Source: an uncultured Nitrospinota bacterium
Lineage (GTDB): Bacteria > Tectomicrobia > Entotheonellia > J063 > CAVPRW01
Assembly (NCBI GenBank): GCA_963707985.1
Contig: CAVPRW010000014.1
Location: forward strand, 64,001 to 128,000
Direction: 5' to 3'
DNA length: 64,000 nt
Shown here: positions 61,918 through 64,000 of the stretch, piece after piece
Numbering within the stretch: position 1 is the stretch's first letter
Layout of the letters: each line of letters opens with the position of its first letter
Program-made: the position numbers and the translations under genes
The notes under the pieces: generated by a model
Seen by the model: the letters and a program-made list of their open reading frames with translations, nothing else
The model's database searches: none
Told to the model about the DNA's origin: nothing

Positions 61918-63145
61918 TCACTCAAATACACCGTCGCGTTCTAACGCCTCATACTCCGCGTCTGAGAGTCCCAGCAGGCCTTTGAACACATAGGCGTTAT
62001 GCTGGCCAAGCGTTGGCACCGGGCGGAGCTGCGCTGGGCTGTTGCTCAGGTGAAACGCCGGCGCGTCGTAGCGTTGCACCCCGACCTCCGGGTGATCGAG
62101 CCACACCGACTGGCCGCGGTGCTCGAGCTGCGGGTCGTGCGCCAGGTCTGCAGCGTTTTGCACCACACCGGCGGCGATACCGGCGGCCTGTAAGCGAGCC
62201 ATGAGGTCTTCAGCGGAGTATTGCGAGGTCCAGGTGTCGACCAGGGCATTCAAGGCGTCGCGGTGTTGCACCCGCCTGAGCGCCGTCGCGAAACGGGCCT
62301 CTTGGGTCCAGGGTGGATGGCCGAGGACGTCGCAGAAGCGTCGCCACTCTTGATCATTGGAGACCGTGATGGCACACCACCGATTTACGCCCTGACAGCG
62401 ATAGACGCCGTGTGGGGCGGCCGCGGGAAGGTCACCCACCATGTGCTCATTGCCGGCACGCATCTGGACGCGGCCATTCACCGTGTAATCGAGGATGGCC
62501 GTGTCCAGACAGTTGACGCCTACTTCCAGGTTGGACACGTCGATGTATTGCCCCTGGCCGGTACGCTGGCGATAATCCAAGGCGGCAAGGAGCGCGACCA
62601 GCCCGAACCATGGTGTCGTCCAGTCGGTGTAGGCCACGCCTGGGATCGCTGGCGGTCGGTCGGGCCATCCGGTCAGATAGGCGAGCCCGGCCGCGGCCTG
62701 CAGCACCGTACCAAAACCTAGGGCATGCGCGATGCGGGCCGCTGCGTCCTTCCATCGATAGGCTGATCATCACCAGATCGGGCTTGACCTGGCGCAGATC
62801 CTCATAGGTCATGCGCCACTGTTCCATGACATGCGAGGTAAAGTTCTCCGCCACCACATCGGCTGTGGCGATCAACCGACAGGCTAACGCCCGTCCCTGG
62901 GGGTGATTGAGGTTCAGTGTCACGTGCGATTTGCTGGTGTTCAAATTCAGAAATTGGCCGCTACGCTCGATGCCGGGCGTGTCCTCAACGAAGGGCGGAG
63001 CCAAGCGAAAGCTGTCCAGGTGCGTCCGCGACTCGATGCGGATGACTTCAGCCCCGAAATCGGCCAGGTACTTGGTCAGCAGAGGGCCGACCCCCACCCA
63101 GGTGAAATCGATGACACGCAGCCCCGCTAACGCCTGACCCTGCAT
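61918..63145 (-). CDS. Family III CoA-transferase, Asp-containing subunit (frameshift near 62730)
   Basis: Motifs LAGLRVIDFTWV.VGP, NTSKSHVTLNL, AYTDW, APHGVYRC and PTLGQHN. Confidence 0.88.
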
Positions 63146-63147
63146 GC

Positions 63148-64000
63148 CTATATCGCTCCGGCAGCCATCAACACCGCCAACTCCGCCCGGCTGAGACCGA
63201 GTTCGCCACCGTAGATCGCCTCGTTGTGCTCGCCGATCAAGGGCGCGCGCCGTCGCAGTTGCCATGGGGTTTGGCTGAGCTGATACGGGGCACCTGGATA
63301 GCACAGCGTCTCATCCAGCTCCGGGTGCTCCAGCGGCTGGAAAAAGCTTCTGGCGAGGAGTTGAGGATGCTCCAGAAGATCGCGCGCCGTATGCACCGGG
63401 AACAGAATGATGCGTCGGCGCTGGGCTTCTTCCGCCAGCTCCGCCTTGGTGTGTTTCAGGAAAAATCGCTCGAGGACGCCATACACATGTGCCAGCTCTT
63501 CATCGGTCAGCGCCGCCTGAGTCAGTGGGTCTGGTCCCGCGTGTTCCGCCAGGATGGCCCATGAGGCATCCGTCAGATCCTCAGCCATGCCCTCGCGACC
63601 CATCCACTCCACCATCGGACTCCATTCGCGGGCATTCATCACCCCCATGACCGCCACGTGTCCATCCTGGCAAGGGAAAATGATACGCCGGAGCTGGTCC
63701 CCGAAGGCGCGCGAGGTCCCACCCCGTTCGATGATCAGTCGATTGAGGTCCCAATACTGGCGGGTGGGGATGATGGTCCACGATACGGCGTGCTGCATGG
63801 AGACGTCGATGAATTGACCTTCGCCACAGCGCACGCGGTAGTGATGCGCCAACAGCGTCGCCACCGCGGCTTGCAGGCCGGCCTGCAGATAGGCCTGTGA
63901 TGGTCCCAGGCGCACTGGCGGCCGGTCGACATCGCCGCATACGGACATCAGGCCACCCATGGCCATGCCGACCAGGTCTGAGGCGCGATAGTGTGCGTAC
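63148..64000 (-). CDS. Family III CoA-transferase, partner subunit (5' end lies outside the window)
   Basis: Motifs SDLVGMAMGGLM, GEGQFIDVSM, FPCQDG and APLIGEHN. Confidence 0.88.
   Translation of the reverse strand, partial: YAHYRASDLVGMAMGGLMSVCGDVDRPPVRLGPSQAYLQAGLQAAVATLLAHHYRVRCGEGQFIDVSMQHAVSWTIIPTRQYWDLNRLIIERGGTSRAFGDQLRRIIFPCQDGHVAVMGVMNAREWSPMVEWMGREGMAEDLTDASWAILAEHAGPDPLTQAALTDEELAHVYGVLERFFLKHTKAELAEEAQRRRIILFPVHTARDLLEHPQLLARSFFQPLEHPELDETLCYPGAPYQLSQTPWQLRRRAPLIGEHNEAIYGGELGLSRAELAVLMAAGAI

Overview
This is a GC-rich bacterial chromosomal window, mostly metabolic and transport genes. It holds msrPQ, a BMP-type ABC transporter, two pairs of family III CoA-transferases, acyl-CoA dehydrogenases, a thiolase, a binding protein coupled to a hybrid kinase, a DUF4242 gene plus a cyclase-AAA-TPR gene, an F420-type LLM, typA and a MaoC/HMG-CoA-lyase cluster. 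The gene repertoire suggests Candidatus Tectomicrobia or a similar lineage (inference only). Nine genes carry small frameshifts that look like long-read assembly errors. No rRNA, tRNA or CRISPR array was seen. The most unusual region is a nested island at about 35.4-40.0 kb. Two diverged ~370-bp direct repeats, each spanning the 3' ends of two convergent genes, flank a DUF1778/GNAT toxin-antitoxin pair and a broken serine recombinase. They also flank a 2.57-kb transposase-less element with long TGT...ACA inverted ends that carry repeated TGAGAA sites; its cargo is a chloroperoxidase, a truncated SDR and a cupin. Non-coding or degenerate elements missed or unexplained by the ORF track are a group II intron-like RNA without an RT ORF (~57.44-57.98 kb), a five-helix leader hairpin, an IS110 5' remnant, a DDE transposase C-terminal remnant, a metallophosphoesterase remnant and two REP-like repeat families. 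All family assignments come from motif recognition by eye; no database search was run.
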